Below, one piece after another: positions 1 to 9,249 of a DNA stretch of 64,000 nt. The stretch is from Terriglobia bacterium. GTDB lineage: Bacteria; Acidobacteriota; Terriglobia; 20CM-2-55-15. The notes below the pieces were generated by a model that did not search any database, was not told the DNA's origin, and saw only the letters and a list, made by a program, of their open reading frames with translations. The stretch spans positions 448,001 through 512,000 of the forward strand of contig CAXWPJ010000009.1 of assembly GCA_963664115.2 (NCBI GenBank). The letters are read 5' to 3'. The first letter of the stretch is position 1, and each line of letters begins with the position of its first letter. The translations under genes and the position numbers were made by a program.

Positions 1-1
1 A

Positions 2-583
2 ACCGAGACCGTTGAAATCGGCGGAGTGCCCGTCCGGTTTGCAGATACCGCAGGCGTGAGGGACGTGCTCGATACTGTGGAAGCCCTCGGTGTGAGTCGT
101 ACCCTGGCAACGGTTGCGGAGGCGGACCTGACCCTGGTGGTTCTCGACAGTTCCCGGCAGTTGGACGACGACGACCGTGCCGTCCTGGCAACGGTCGAGG
201 ATAGGCCTCATCTGGTGGTCATCAACAAGGAGGATCTGCCGGCTCAATGGGAAGAATCCAACGGATGGAACGCGGTGCGGGTGAGCGCGTTGGCGGGCAC
301 GGGGTTGGACCAACTGGAGCGGGAAATCACGGCATATATTAACGAAGGTCTGCCCAGCGATTCGGAGACTTTCGTCATTACGAACGAGCGGCAACAGGAA
401 GCGTTGAAGGTCGCCGTCGATAAGCTGGAATGTGCGGCTGCTGCGTTGACGGAGCGTGTCCCTCATGAAATGGTCCTATTGGATCTCTACGCTGCGCTCT
501 CCGCAGTCGGCGAACTGACCGGCGAAGTCGCCACCGACGATATACTGGATAGAATTTTTTCGACATTCTGTATCGGGAAATAG
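2..583 (+). CDS. mnmE: tRNA modification GTPase MnmE (5' truncated by window edge)
   Basis: DTAG (G3) and NKxD (G4) motifs, C-terminal FSTFCIGK signature, directly upstream of mnmG. Confidence 0.97.
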   Translation, partial: TETVEIGGVPVRFADTAGVRDVLDTVEALGVSRTLATVAEADLTLVVLDSSRQLDDDDRAVLATVEDRPHLVVINKEDLPAQWEESNGWNAVRVSALAGTGLDQLEREITAYINEGLPSDSETFVITNERQQEALKVAVDKLECAAAALTERVPHEMVLLDLYAALSAVGELTGEVATDDILDRIFSTFCIGK

Positions 584-2503
584 ATGAACGAAACGTACGA
601 CGTTGTCATTGTAGGAGCCGGGCACGCCGGCTGTGAGGCGGCACACGCCGCGGCACGGCTGGGCCTATCGACCGCGATTTACACGATGAACGCCGACCTG
701 ATAGCGCAGATGTCCTGCAACCCCGCCGTGGGAGGCGTCGCCAAAGGACACCTGGTACGGGAAATTGATGCGATCGGCGGAGTCATGGGTGTCGTGGCGG
801 ACCGGGCCGGAATCCAATTCCGTTTGCTAAACACGAGCCGCGGCCCCGCCGTCTGGTCGCCGCGGGCACAGGCCGACAAAGCGGCCTACCGTCAGGAAAT
901 GCGGAGCGTTCTGGAAAAGCAGGAAAATCTTTACATCAAGCAGGCCGAAGTGACCGAGGTCTTGTTTGAAGGGACCCGCGCTTCCGGGATTGAGTTGATG
1001 GACGGTCGCCGCGTTGCGGCCCGAGCCATCGTATTGACGACCGGAACCTTCTTGAACGGGTTGATCCATATCGGGGAGAAACAATTCGCCGCAGGGCGCA
1101 ATGGAGAGGCCGCATCGACTGCCCTGGGCACCTCCGTGCGCAAGATGGGATTTGAGTGGGGGCGGCTTAAGACGGGTACGCCACCACGGCTCGACGGCCG
1201 GACAATCGATTTCAATCGTTTTGAGGCGCAGCCGGGAGACACAACACCGACGCCGTTTTCTTTCCGGACCGTTCGGCCGCTGGAAAACAAGATTTCCTGT
1301 TACCTCACGCGAACGAACGCCACGATTCACGAAATTATCCGCAAGAACATGAGCCGGTCGCCCCTCTACAGCGGACAGATACAGGGATTGGGGCCGCGCT
1401 ATTGCCCTTCGATTGAGGACAAGGTTGTTAAGTTTGCCGACCGAACCGAGCACCAGATTGTTCTTGAGCCTGAGGGCATCAATACGCACGAAGTCTATGT
1501 TAATGGCATGTCGACCAGCCTTCCGATTGATGTGCAGCAGGACATACTCGCGCACATGCCGGGCCTGGATTCAGCGACGATGATTCGTCCTGGCTATGCG
1601 ATTGAATACGACTTTGTGCAACCCACCGAGTTGGAGCTTTCACTGGAGTGCAAGCGCTATCCGAGTCTTTTCCTGGCCGGTCAGATCAACGGAACGACAG
1701 GTTACGAAGAAGCCGCCGCGCAGGGCGTGATCGCCGGCATCAATGCCGCGCGGCAGGTTCGCAGTGAAGACCCCTTGGTGCTCGGTCGTTCCGAGGCCTA
1801 CATCGGCATCATGATCGACGACCTGGTGACGAAGGGAACGAACGAGCCGTATCGGATGTTTACCTCGAGGGCAGAGTTCCGGCTGAATCTACGTATCGAC
1901 AACGCCGACCTGCGGCTCACCCCCGTGGGGCGGCAATGTGGACTCGTGGACGATCAACAATGGAAGCTCTTTGAAAGCCGCCGGGCTCGAATCGATGCGG
2001 TCAGTGTGAGGGTGGACGCGACACGGGTCGACCCGTCACATCCGTTCTTTGCTCGTCTGGGCATCGTGTTGCGAGAGAAAGCGACCGTGCACGACCTGCT
2101 TAAGAGACCGGAAATACGGCTGGAGGAACTGGCCGAAGCCGGCATCGTATCGACCGAGGGTCTGCGTCCCGAAGACGTCGTGTCGATAGAGACGGCAATC
2201 AAGTATGAAGGCTATCTGAAACAACAAGAGCGCCAGATCGAAAGATTGCGAAAAGCCGACGACCGAACACTGCCGGCAGACCTCGACTATGCTGCGATGC
2301 CCGGTCTTTCGGCGGAAGCCGTCGAAAAACTGAGCCGCATCAACCCCCAATCCATCGGCCAGGCGAGCCGAATACCGGGAATCACTCCTGCCGCTCTCTC
2401 CATTCTCCTTCTGCATCTGGAAATTCGACGGAACGGGAAAAAACCCGGAAAGACGTCAAGTAATTCATCAGAAATGAGTTATAGTCGCAAGCTGGGCCGC
2501 TAG
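584..2503 (+). CDS. mnmG: tRNA uridine-5-carboxymethylaminomethyl modification enzyme MnmG (GidA)
   Basis: [30 protein letters not shown] and [16 protein letters not shown] motifs. Confidence 0.98.
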   Translation: MNETYDVVIVGAGHAGCEAAHAAARLGLSTAIYTMNADLIAQMSCNPAVGGVAKGHLVREIDAIGGVMGVVADRAGIQFRLLNTSRGPAVWSPRAQADKAAYRQEMRSVLEKQENLYIKQAEVTEVLFEGTRASGIELMDGRRVAARAIVLTTGTFLNGLIHIGEKQFAAGRNGEAASTALGTSVRKMGFEWGRLKTGTPPRLDGRTIDFNRFEAQPGDTTPTPFSFRTVRPLENKISCYLTRTNATIHEIIRKNMSRSPLYSGQIQGLGPRYCPSIEDKVVKFADRTEHQIVLEPEGINTHEVYVNGMSTSLPIDVQQDILAHMPGLDSATMIRPGYAIEYDFVQPTELELSLECKRYPSLFLAGQINGTTGYEEAAAQGVIAGINAARQVRSEDPLVLGRSEAYIGIMIDDLVTKGTNEPYRMFTSRAEFRLNLRIDNADLRLTPVGRQCGLVDDQQWKLFESRRARIDAVSVRVDATRVDPSHPFFARLGIVLREKATVHDLLKRPEIRLEELAEAGIVSTEGLRPEDVVSIETAIKYEGYLKQQERQIERLRKADDRTLPADLDYAAMPGLSAEAVEKLSRINPQSIGQASRIPGITPAALSILLLHLEIRRNGKKPGKTSSNSSEMSYSRKLGR

Positions 2504-3090
2504 TGTCCCAGCCAGAGACGCTTGAGGCGCAGCTGGCGGAGTTTTCGCTGCACCTGACAGACACCCAAATCACTTTACTTCTCCGCTATATCGCAGAACT
2601 CGAACGATGGAATCGAACGATCAACCTGACGGCTCTCAAGGACGTCGCTCTCATTCGTCGGTTGGTGGTTGAGCCTCTCTGGGTTCTGGAGCAGCTGTCG
2701 CCGAGCGGGCGCTACATCGACATCGGATCCGGAAACGGCTCTCCAGCGTTTCCCTGGCATATTCGAGGCGGTTTCGTTGCGGTTGACCTGGTCGAGGCGC
2801 GGATGCGTCGCGCGACGTTTCTTAGGCAGATCACGCGCCACCTTGGTCTCGAGAGCGTCACCGTGCATCGAGGGCGTTTCGAAGACCTGGCGGCGGAACT
2901 TCAACCGGCCCATTGGGTCACATTGCAAGGCGTAAAGCCGACCGCCGAATTGCTGGAGAAAATACGCACAAACGCCCCACAAAATACTACAGTCATTTGG
3001 TTTACAAGGGCCGTGCAAGCGCTCGTGTCGCCGGCCAGCGTTTTAGAGATACCTTTTTCCGACCGCCGCGCCCTGGTATTTCGCTTCTAA
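2503..3090 (+). CDS. rsmG: 16S rRNA m7G527 methyltransferase RsmG (GidB)
   Basis: WNRTINLT and DIGSGNGSP SAM-binding motif; canonical position after mnmG. Confidence 0.9.
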   Translation: MSQPETLEAQLAEFSLHLTDTQITLLLRYIAELERWNRTINLTALKDVALIRRLVVEPLWVLEQLSPSGRYIDIGSGNGSPAFPWHIRGGFVAVDLVEARMRRATFLRQITRHLGLESVTVHRGRFEDLAAELQPAHWVTLQGVKPTAELLEKIRTNAPQNTTVIWFTRAVQALVSPASVLEIPFSDRRALVFRF

Positions 3091-3227
3091 AAGCGGACCT
3101 CTTCTGGGTCTATTCAGAGAGACGATTCAAAGAGAATCCGGAATTTCTTCCTCCTGCGAGCCTTTTTCTGGGCTGAAGATCAATTCCGGAGGCCAATGAA
3201 GGCTGGTTCTGGGGGCGGTGAGCCAAC

Positions 3228-3243
3228 TGTTCCACGTGGAACA
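3228..3243. promoter_or_regulatory. parS: parS site (TGTTCCACGTGGAACA)
   Basis: Perfect 16-bp palindrome matching the parS consensus, 32 bp upstream of the parA start. Confidence 0.93.
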
Positions 3244-3275
3244 ATTCACCGATCCTGTGGTACATTCCGCCAAAT

Positions 3276-4091
3276 ATGGGACGAATCATCGCCATCTCGA
3301 ACCAGAAGGGGGGCGTCGGTAAGACGACGACCGCCATCAATCTGGCCGCGTCTCTGGCTGCAGCTGAGATGCGTACGCTCCTTGTGGACATCGATTCTCA
3401 AGGAAACGCGACCTCCGGATTGGGGGTGCGCCGGGATTCATACGATAGCTCGACGTATCATTCGCTGGCGTTCGGTGAGCCGATATCATCCATCCTCCTG
3501 CCGACCGAGATGGAGTCGCTGTTTCTGGCACCCTCAGGCCGTGATCTGGTGGGTCTTACGCTGGAGCTGGCCCAGGTGGATGGGAGAGAACGCCGACTCC
3601 GCGAGTTGCTGCGCCCCATTGCCGATGACTACGACTTCATTCTGATCGATTGCCCGCCATCAATGGATCTTCTGACCGTCAACGCACTCGTCGCGGCCGA
3701 TAGCGTCCTGATCCCCATTCAGTGCGAGTATTTCGCGCTCGAGGGTATTTCTGAGCTGGTCGAAACGATCCGCCAGATCCGCCGTCAAAGAAACCCGGAC
3801 CTGGAAATAGAAGGGGTTCTGGTCACGATGTTCGATGAGCGGACCAATCTCGCGCAGCAAGTTCACGCAGACCTGGCATCATTCTTTGGCCCTCAATTGT
3901 TTACTACCAAAATTCCAAGAAACATCCGGCTTGGTGAAGCCCCAAGCCACGGTCAGCCCATCCTGCTCTACGACATCAAGTCTAAGGGTGCGGCGAGCTA
4001 TATTCGGCTGGCCAAGGAGGTCATTAATGCCCGCTCAGAGAAAAGCTTTAGGCCGGGGACTGAGCGCACTGCTCGGCACGCCGGATCTTGA
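3276..4091 (+). CDS. parA: Chromosome partitioning ATPase ParA/Soj
   Basis: NQKGGVGKTT deviant Walker A, DCPP, PIQCEYFALEG, IPRNIRLGEAPSHG. Confidence 0.97.
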   Translation: MGRIIAISNQKGGVGKTTTAINLAASLAAAEMRTLLVDIDSQGNATSGLGVRRDSYDSSTYHSLAFGEPISSILLPTEMESLFLAPSGRDLVGLTLELAQVDGRERRLRELLRPIADDYDFILIDCPPSMDLLTVNALVAADSVLIPIQCEYFALEGISELVETIRQIRRQRNPDLEIEGVLVTMFDERTNLAQQVHADLASFFGPQLFTTKIPRNIRLGEAPSHGQPILLYDIKSKGAASYIRLAKEVINARSEKSFRPGTERTARHAGS

Positions 4092-4884
4092 GTCCGACCG
4101 CTTACGTGATATCGATGTCGAGCGGATTATACCGAACGCCGAGCAGCCGCGTAAATCATTTAATAGAAACGGTTTAGAGGATCTTGCGGGGTCTATTCGG
4201 ACCTACGGCGTCGTGCAGCCTATCGTTGTACGGTCGTTGCAGGATGGGGTCTTTCAGATCGTCGCTGGAGAGCGGCGGTGGCGCGCTGCCCAAATGGCCG
4301 GACTGACCCGGGTGCCGGCCCTGGTCCGAGAAACCCACGAGCACCAGGCCCTGGAATTGGCCTTGGTCGAAAACGTCCAGCGCGAAGATCTCAACCCGAT
4401 CGATGAGGCGCAGGCCTATCAACGACTCTTGTCGGAGTTCGGGCTGACTCAAGATGAATTAGCCGAACGTGTCGGTAAACGACGGGCGACCATAGCCAAT
4501 ATGTTGCGGTTGCTGAACCTGCCGGGCGAAGTGCAGCTGTGGCTGCAGGATGGAAAGCTGACGGTCGGTCACGCCAAAGCCCTGTTGTCGCTCACGGAGA
4601 CCGATGAGATTCTTCGCGCGGCGCAGGAAATAATCCGCGGCAATTATTCGGTTCGCCAGGCAGAAGCTTTGGTCGCACGTCCGGGCAAAGGTCGGGGCGT
4701 CAAGAGGAAGGCGGGCTCGGTAGTCGACCCCAACGTCCGGGCTGCCCTCACGGGCCTGGAACGCGCCCTGGGAACAAAGGTCACGATTCGAGAGTCGGGC
4801 AACAAAGGCAAGATCGAAATTCATTTTCATTCAAAAGAAGAGCGCGACAGGCTCTACAATGGACTGCTTCAAACACGCTTCTGA
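4027..4884 (+). CDS. parB: Chromosome partitioning protein ParB/Spo0J
   Basis: Start at ATG 4027 (MPAQRKALGRGLSALL); GERRWRA CTPase motif; ENVQREDL; HTH. Confidence 0.96.
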   Translation: MPAQRKALGRGLSALLGTPDLESDRLRDIDVERIIPNAEQPRKSFNRNGLEDLAGSIRTYGVVQPIVVRSLQDGVFQIVAGERRWRAAQMAGLTRVPALVRETHEHQALELALVENVQREDLNPIDEAQAYQRLLSEFGLTQDELAERVGKRRATIANMLRLLNLPGEVQLWLQDGKLTVGHAKALLSLTETDEILRAAQEIIRGNYSVRQAEALVARPGKGRGVKRKAGSVVDPNVRAALTGLERALGTKVTIRESGNKGKIEIHFHSKEERDRLYNGLLQTRF

Positions 4885-4903
4885 GGACGGATAGGGAGGT
4901 TCC

Positions 4904-5311
4904 ATGCGACAACGGGGAAAGGTTTCCTCTGAAGAGATCACTGGATTTCTGGATCGCGGTACGGCCGTGACCGGTGAGCTTCGGTTTTCGGGAACGATGA
5001 GAATCGAAGGCGATTTCCACGGTTCGATCGCGACCGATGATGTCCTGACCATTGGGGAGCATGCCGAAGTTCATGCCGATATTCATGCTGGAGAAGTCGA
5101 AGTTCACGGGCGGGTTTCAGGAAATATCGCGGCTGTCCGGCGGATCGATATTAGCTCGACTGGGCGTGTTCTGGCCGACATCCGGACCCCCGTGCTGGTA
5201 ATCGAAGACGGCGGTACGCTTGACGGCCGCAGCCGCATGAGTGGAGACCCTGGAGACAGCGAAGAGGTGGCAGGCCCCGCAACGTACGAAGGAGTGGATG
5301 AGGCTAACTGA
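4904..5311 (+). CDS. Bactofilin (polymer-forming cytoskeletal protein)
   Basis: Beta-helical repeats (TAVTGELRFSGTMRIEGDFHGSI; VHGRVSGNI); common after parB. Confidence 0.88.
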   Translation: MRQRGKVSSEEITGFLDRGTAVTGELRFSGTMRIEGDFHGSIATDDVLTIGEHAEVHADIHAGEVEVHGRVSGNIAAVRRIDISSTGRVLADIRTPVLVIEDGGTLDGRSRMSGDPGDSEEVAGPATYEGVDEAN

Positions 5312-6326
5312 CTTTGCAAAATGTGCAGGCTGAGCGGGCAAATTAAGTCCAGGGGACCTGGACCGCGCGCTAAAAGGCCTGCAGTTGCAGCGAATTCCCG
5401 AAATTCTTGTCGGTTTCGATCAGGCCGACGACGCCGGAGTATATCGACTCACCGACAAGCTCGCTCTAGTTCAGACCGTCGATTTCTTCTCGCCTATCGT
5501 TGACGACGCTTTCGCGTTTGGACAGATCGCTGCCGTGAACGCCTTGAGCGACATATACGCGATGGGTGGCACGCCACTGACGGCGCTATCCATTGTCGGC
5601 TTTCCGGAAGGCGTGGCCGGCCCCGGCGTGCTTCGGGAAATCATTGAGGGGGGTCTGGACAAACTTAATGAATGTGCGGTGGCCTTGCTGGGCGGCCATT
5701 CGGTGAAGGACGAGGAAATAAAGTTCGGATACGCGGTGACCGGAACAGTGGACCCTGCACGTATTCTACAGAACAGCGCCGCGCGCGTCGGGGATCGGGT
5801 GTTGCTTACGAAGCGCCTGGGGACGGGTCTGATCGCGACCGCATCAAAAAGAGACCAGGCAGAGGCCGCTCATGTCGAGCGTGCCGTCCGGTCGATGCTC
5901 GAAACCAACCGGAAGGCGGCTGAAATCGTTTCCGGTTTCGACGTTCGAGCGATGACCGACATCAGCGGTTTCGGGCTCATAGGCCATGCAGTCGAAGTGG
6001 CGCGTGCCAGCAATCTGACCATCGAGTTCGACCATAAGCGCTTGCCGATTCTTGATGGCGCACTGGACTACAGCGCGAAAGGTTATCGAGCGGGTGGCCT
6101 CAACAACAATCGCGACTTCTTTTCCCCTCACGTTAGCTGGAAAGGGACGATATCTGAAGACCATCAGGGCATCCTCTTCGACCCCCAGACCTCTGGAGGA
6201 CTCCTCATTTTTGTCTCTGAAACAAATTGTGCAGGCCTGATTGACGCGCTTGGAAGCGAGGATATCGTTGTGTGTGAAGTTGGCATCGCGCGGACCCTCG
6301 ATGACACCTGCATCCATATCTTCTGA
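5298..6326 (+). CDS. selD: Selenide, water dikinase SelD, selenocysteine-containing (in-frame TGA 5331-5333)
   Basis: ATG 5298 after GAAGGAG reads MRLTDFAKCAG-TGA-AGKLSPGDL, in frame with ORF 5385-6326 (DDAGVY, QTVDFF, GGHS, DPQTSGGLL). Confidence 0.95.
5347..5363 (+). promoter_or_regulatory. Putative bacterial SECIS hairpin
   Basis: GTCCAGG-GGA-CCTGGAC stem-loop starting 13 nt after the in-frame TGA of selD. Confidence 0.75.
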
Positions 6327-6679
6327 CCCTTTTGTGGCCTGAGCTCGAGCCCGCCTGGTGCGGGAAAATCTTAAGATCAAAACGGGCCCCGTTTCGGGGA
6401 TCGGGCGTGTCAGTTTCTTGTCGCCGTTTCCTCTCTTGCCTCCAAGGTGCTCCTCTGCGAAATCGCCACGGGAAACCCAGAAATAACCGCCGATGCTTAG
6501 TTCCCGATTGTGTAGGACTGGCGTGTGCTGACCCTGTGTAGTTAGGTATCAGGATTGCCTGATACGGCACCATAAAGCGATCGAGTTTCCCTCAACGACA
6601 TGGTCGCCTCAATCACCCGCCAATACCCGCTAAACCGCTAATGTCTATAGACTTAAGGCTGAATAGAATTTTTTAGACT

Positions 6680-6726
6680 CCCCTCTATGTTGGGGAGATT
6701 TTTATCGGTGCCACAAGATATGGGCG
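6680..6726. promoter_or_regulatory. Tandem NrdR-box-like sites
   Basis: CCCCTCTATGTTGGGG (6680-6695) and CCACAAGATATGGGCG (6711-6726) resemble acaCwAtATaTwGtgt, with starts 31 bp apart. Confidence 0.5.
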
Positions 6727-6779
6727 TAAGGTAGACCTAATCTGTCTCTAACGGGGCGTAGGGTAATGGCGTTGAGTCG

Positions 6780-6856
6780 GCCCGGGTGCCGAAGTCTGGC
6801 CAAACGGCGCTCCCCAGCAAGGTTGCGAACCGTCGGTTCGAATCCGACCCCGGGCT
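6780..6856 (+). tRNA. tRNA-like gene / pseudo-tRNA with a disrupted anticodon arm (loop CCAGCAA)
   Basis: Acceptor GCCCGGG/CCCGGGC plus U73, D arm with GG, perfect T arm GTCGG-TTCGAAT-CCGAC; anticodon stem imperfect, no U33; no encoded CCA. Confidence 0.72.
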
Positions 6857-6858
6857 CT

Positions 6859-6943
6859 GGAGAGGTAGCTTAAAGGTAAAGCAGCGGTTTTAGGAACCGT
6901 CCATCCATAGCCGGATATGTGGGTTCGAGTCCCGCCCTCTCCG
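6859..6943 (+). tRNA. Class II tRNA with anticodon TAG (Leu) but Ser-like acceptor and G73
   Basis: GGAGAGG/CCTCTCC acceptor, GCTT/AAGC D stem, GCGGT-TTTAGGA-ACCGT anticodon arm, 18-nt variable arm, GTGGG-TTCGAGT-CCCGC T arm, discriminator G; no encoded CCA. Confidence 0.85.
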
Positions 6944-6994
6944 CTTCTAGCCTATACCCTATTGTCAAGCCGGGACAGCTCTGGTCCAAAAGCC

Positions 6995-7024
6995 GGTATT
7001 AATTCGGTAATAAAGGGGTATTAT
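6995..7024 (+). promoter_or_regulatory. Three helically phased direct repeats (GGTAWTAW), putative RHH operator
   Basis: GGTATTAA 6995, GGTAATAA 7006 and GGTATTAT 7017 at 11-bp spacing, just upstream of ATG 7041. Confidence 0.5.
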
Positions 7025-7130
7025 TGTCCTTAATATCCCAATGCCTTCTAGCAAGAAAAAGACGGGCGGTCGCCCGGCGAACATCGTCCGGGCGGTGACG
7101 CTCACGATTTCAACGACCGCGATGAACGAG

Positions 7131-8515
7131 GAGTTATTGTCAAAAGTGGTGTTTAGGAGATTGATTCAAGCGGCGGCCTGATCGACTTGTGTCGCTTCGA
7201 CACCATCGTTGAATTTCACTCCGATGATTACCTTGCTCAGATCATCGAATCCTCGTAATCGTCGCCAATTGTTCTCAGCGCACTGGCCCAGTTTGAACAT
7301 CATGTGCAGCATGCCATCCCGTGTCAGGCAACCTCTGGATCGCTTCGTTCGGTGTCGAATGGTGGCAAAGGTCGACTCAATGGGATTCGTCGTTCTGATG
7401 CTCTGCCAGTGCTTGGCCGGAAAGTCGTAAAAGGCCAGCAGTTCCTCTCTGTCTTTCTGCAGGCAGAGTGTGGCTTTCGGATACTTCGGTTCATAGGTTT
7501 CAATGAACAAGTCGAATGCCTTCTCGGCGTCTGCCTTCGTCTCGGCCTGCCAGATCGAGTGCAGGGCCTGTTTCGCCTTCGCCTGGACCGACTTGGGCAG
7601 GCAGTTGAGGACGTTCATGACTTTGTGCATCCAGCAACGTTGTTGACGTGTCTCGGGATAGATTTCCTCCAGTGCGGCCCAGAACCCCATCGCACCGTCA
7701 CCGATGGCCAACTTCGGAACATTCATCCCACGGGACTTCAGCTTCAACAAGACCTCGCGCCAACTCTGTGTCGATTCCCGTACACCGTCTTCGATCGCCA
7801 GGAAACGCTTCTCTCCGCGTTCATTCACGCCGATCACGACCAATGCACACAACTTGGTTTGTTCCGCCCGAAGTCCGCTGTAGATGCCGTCGGCCCAGAC
7901 ATAGACCCAGCGATCTGCATCCAAACGCTCCTCGCATCCGAGGCGGTACTGTTCGCCCCAAACCTGTTTCAACCGCGATACCGTGCTCGCCGACAGACCC
8001 TGCGCCTGGGGACCGACAAGAACTTTTAGGGCCTCACCCATCTCGCCGCTGGAAACGCCTTTCAAATACAACCACGGCACCGCTGCTTCCAGCGACTTCG
8101 TCTTCCGAATGTACGGTGGTACCAGGGCCGATCGGAACGTCACAGCTTCGCCCGTCTTGGCACGGACCTTCGGGATTTGGACTGTTACCGGACCCAATCC
8201 CGTCTGCAGTTCGCGTTCCGGCAGATAACCGTTGCGTACCACCCCGGCGTTTCCTGTCTCAGTTCGCCGGCCACCGTGCTGGGATAGCAGCTCTGCCAAT
8301 TCGGCTTCCACTGCGCGTTGGATCAGTTGCTGTGCCCCAACTCGTAGTAGTTCTGTTACTGGATCCTCAATCGTTTCTCGACCTTCCGGTCCATTCACGT
8401 TACTCTTGCTCACAGTGGCGTATCTCCTATGGTTGCTTTGAAGTTTTGTCACAACAAATCAACCAGATACGCCGCTCTTATTCAATCCCTCAAACACCAG
8501 ATTCGGTTATAACTC
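7131..8515 (-). mobile_element. IS256-family insertion sequence (1385 bp)
   Basis: Imperfect IRs GAGTTATTGTCAAAAGTGGTGTTT / GAGTTATAACCGAATCTGGTGTTT; 9-bp TSD ATGAACGAG at 7122-7130 and 8516-8524. Confidence 0.95.
7166..8413 (-). CDS. IS256-family transposase
   Basis: RNGY, YLKGVS, WADG, IGDG, QRCWMHK, IRTTNPIES motifs; likely GTG start at 8413 after AGGAGA. Confidence 0.95.
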   Translation of the reverse strand: MSKSNVNGPEGRETIEDPVTELLRVGAQQLIQRAVEAELAELLSQHGGRRTETGNAGVVRNGYLPERELQTGLGPVTVQIPKVRAKTGEAVTFRSALVPPYIRKTKSLEAAVPWLYLKGVSSGEMGEALKVLVGPQAQGLSASTVSRLKQVWGEQYRLGCEERLDADRWVYVWADGIYSGLRAEQTKLCALVVIGVNERGEKRFLAIEDGVRESTQSWREVLLKLKSRGMNVPKLAIGDGAMGFWAALEEIYPETRQQRCWMHKVMNVLNCLPKSVQAKAKQALHSIWQAETKADAEKAFDLFIETYEPKYPKATLCLQKDREELLAFYDFPAKHWQSIRTTNPIESTFATIRHRTKRSRGCLTRDGMLHMMFKLGQCAENNWRRLRGFDDLSKVIIGVKFNDGVEATQVDQAAA

Positions 8516-8919
8516 ATGAACGAGAAATATCTGCGGCAATTGGTTTTCAAAGGACAGAAGGGGAAGAACCTGAATGAAGCCGCTGAGCGAGTCATCGGCG
8601 ATCACATCGAGCATCTTCTGAGGTTGGGTGAACTAGCTCCAATGGAACAGTCCCCAGAAGACCTGGTGCCCACGGGCGAAGACGACTAGAAATTAAAAGT
8701 AAAAGTTAAATCTGTACCATTCTGACCTGTCGCGCCGCAATCAAGATTCACAATCCACTGGATAGTGTTAAGCTGCGATGCTAGTATTCTCCTTGTCATT
8801 AGTTCTGACCATTTTCGTCAAGCAACCTTAATTTGGATATTTCTAAAGGGTCCATTCCCATTGGACGATAAGCGGAATACAAGGGGAGAGTTTTATCCCT
8901 AATATCCGTCTAATATAAT

Positions 8920-9249
8920 ATGGCAACACAGCAGGCAATGGTCGGAGCACAGTTTCAACTATTTGGTACGTTCAAGAAACGTGGCAACTGGTACATTGCG
9001 CATTGTCCTCCGCTGGATATAACTACCCAAGGACGAACACGTGCCGAGGCTCGACGGAATCTAATTGAGGCAAGCGAATTGTTTTTAATAAGCTGCCTTG
9101 AAAGGGGAACGCTTGACCTCGCGATGCGTGAGTTGGGCTTTGTCCCGATGGGAAGACCCACTACACGCCGACTCCCACAGAACGCCTTTAAATTTCAAGC
9201 TCCGATCCCGCTCGTCTTCCAGCGCCGCACAGCGGAATGCCGCGTCTAA
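8920..9249 (+). CDS. hicB: HicB-like antitoxin
   Basis: YIAHCPPLDITTQGRTRAEARRNLIEA partial RNase H-like fold; overlaps the hicA start. Confidence 0.85.
   Translation: MATQQAMVGAQFQLFGTFKKRGNWYIAHCPPLDITTQGRTRAEARRNLIEASELFLISCLERGTLDLAMRELGFVPMGRPTTRRLPQNAFKFQAPIPLVFQRRTAECRV

Larger units (their letters stand above)
7041..8689 (+). pseudogene. Small ribbon-helix-helix (ParD-like) gene interrupted by IS256
   Basis: Joining 7041-7130 to 8525-8689 gives an open 84-aa frame MPSSKKKTGGRPANIVRAVTLTISTTAMNEKYLRQLVFKGQKGKNLNEAAERVIGDHIEHLLRLG... Confidence 0.75.

Noticed and set aside
3091-3275. oriC
   Set aside because: Gene context is origin-proximal and parS is present, but no DnaA-box cluster or DUE is visible.
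6859-6943. 8/4 or 9/3 allo-tRNA fold
   Set aside because: The sequence pairs best as a canonical 7/5 acceptor/T arrangement; U8 cannot extend the acceptor stem.
6330-6950. tRNA-Sec (selC) expected next to selD
   Set aside because: Neither tRNA-like gene has a TCA anticodon or the extended Sec acceptor arm.
6940-6968. Antisense promoter (TTGACA on the minus strand) facing the tRNA
   Set aside because: No -10-like hexamer at 16-18 bp spacing.
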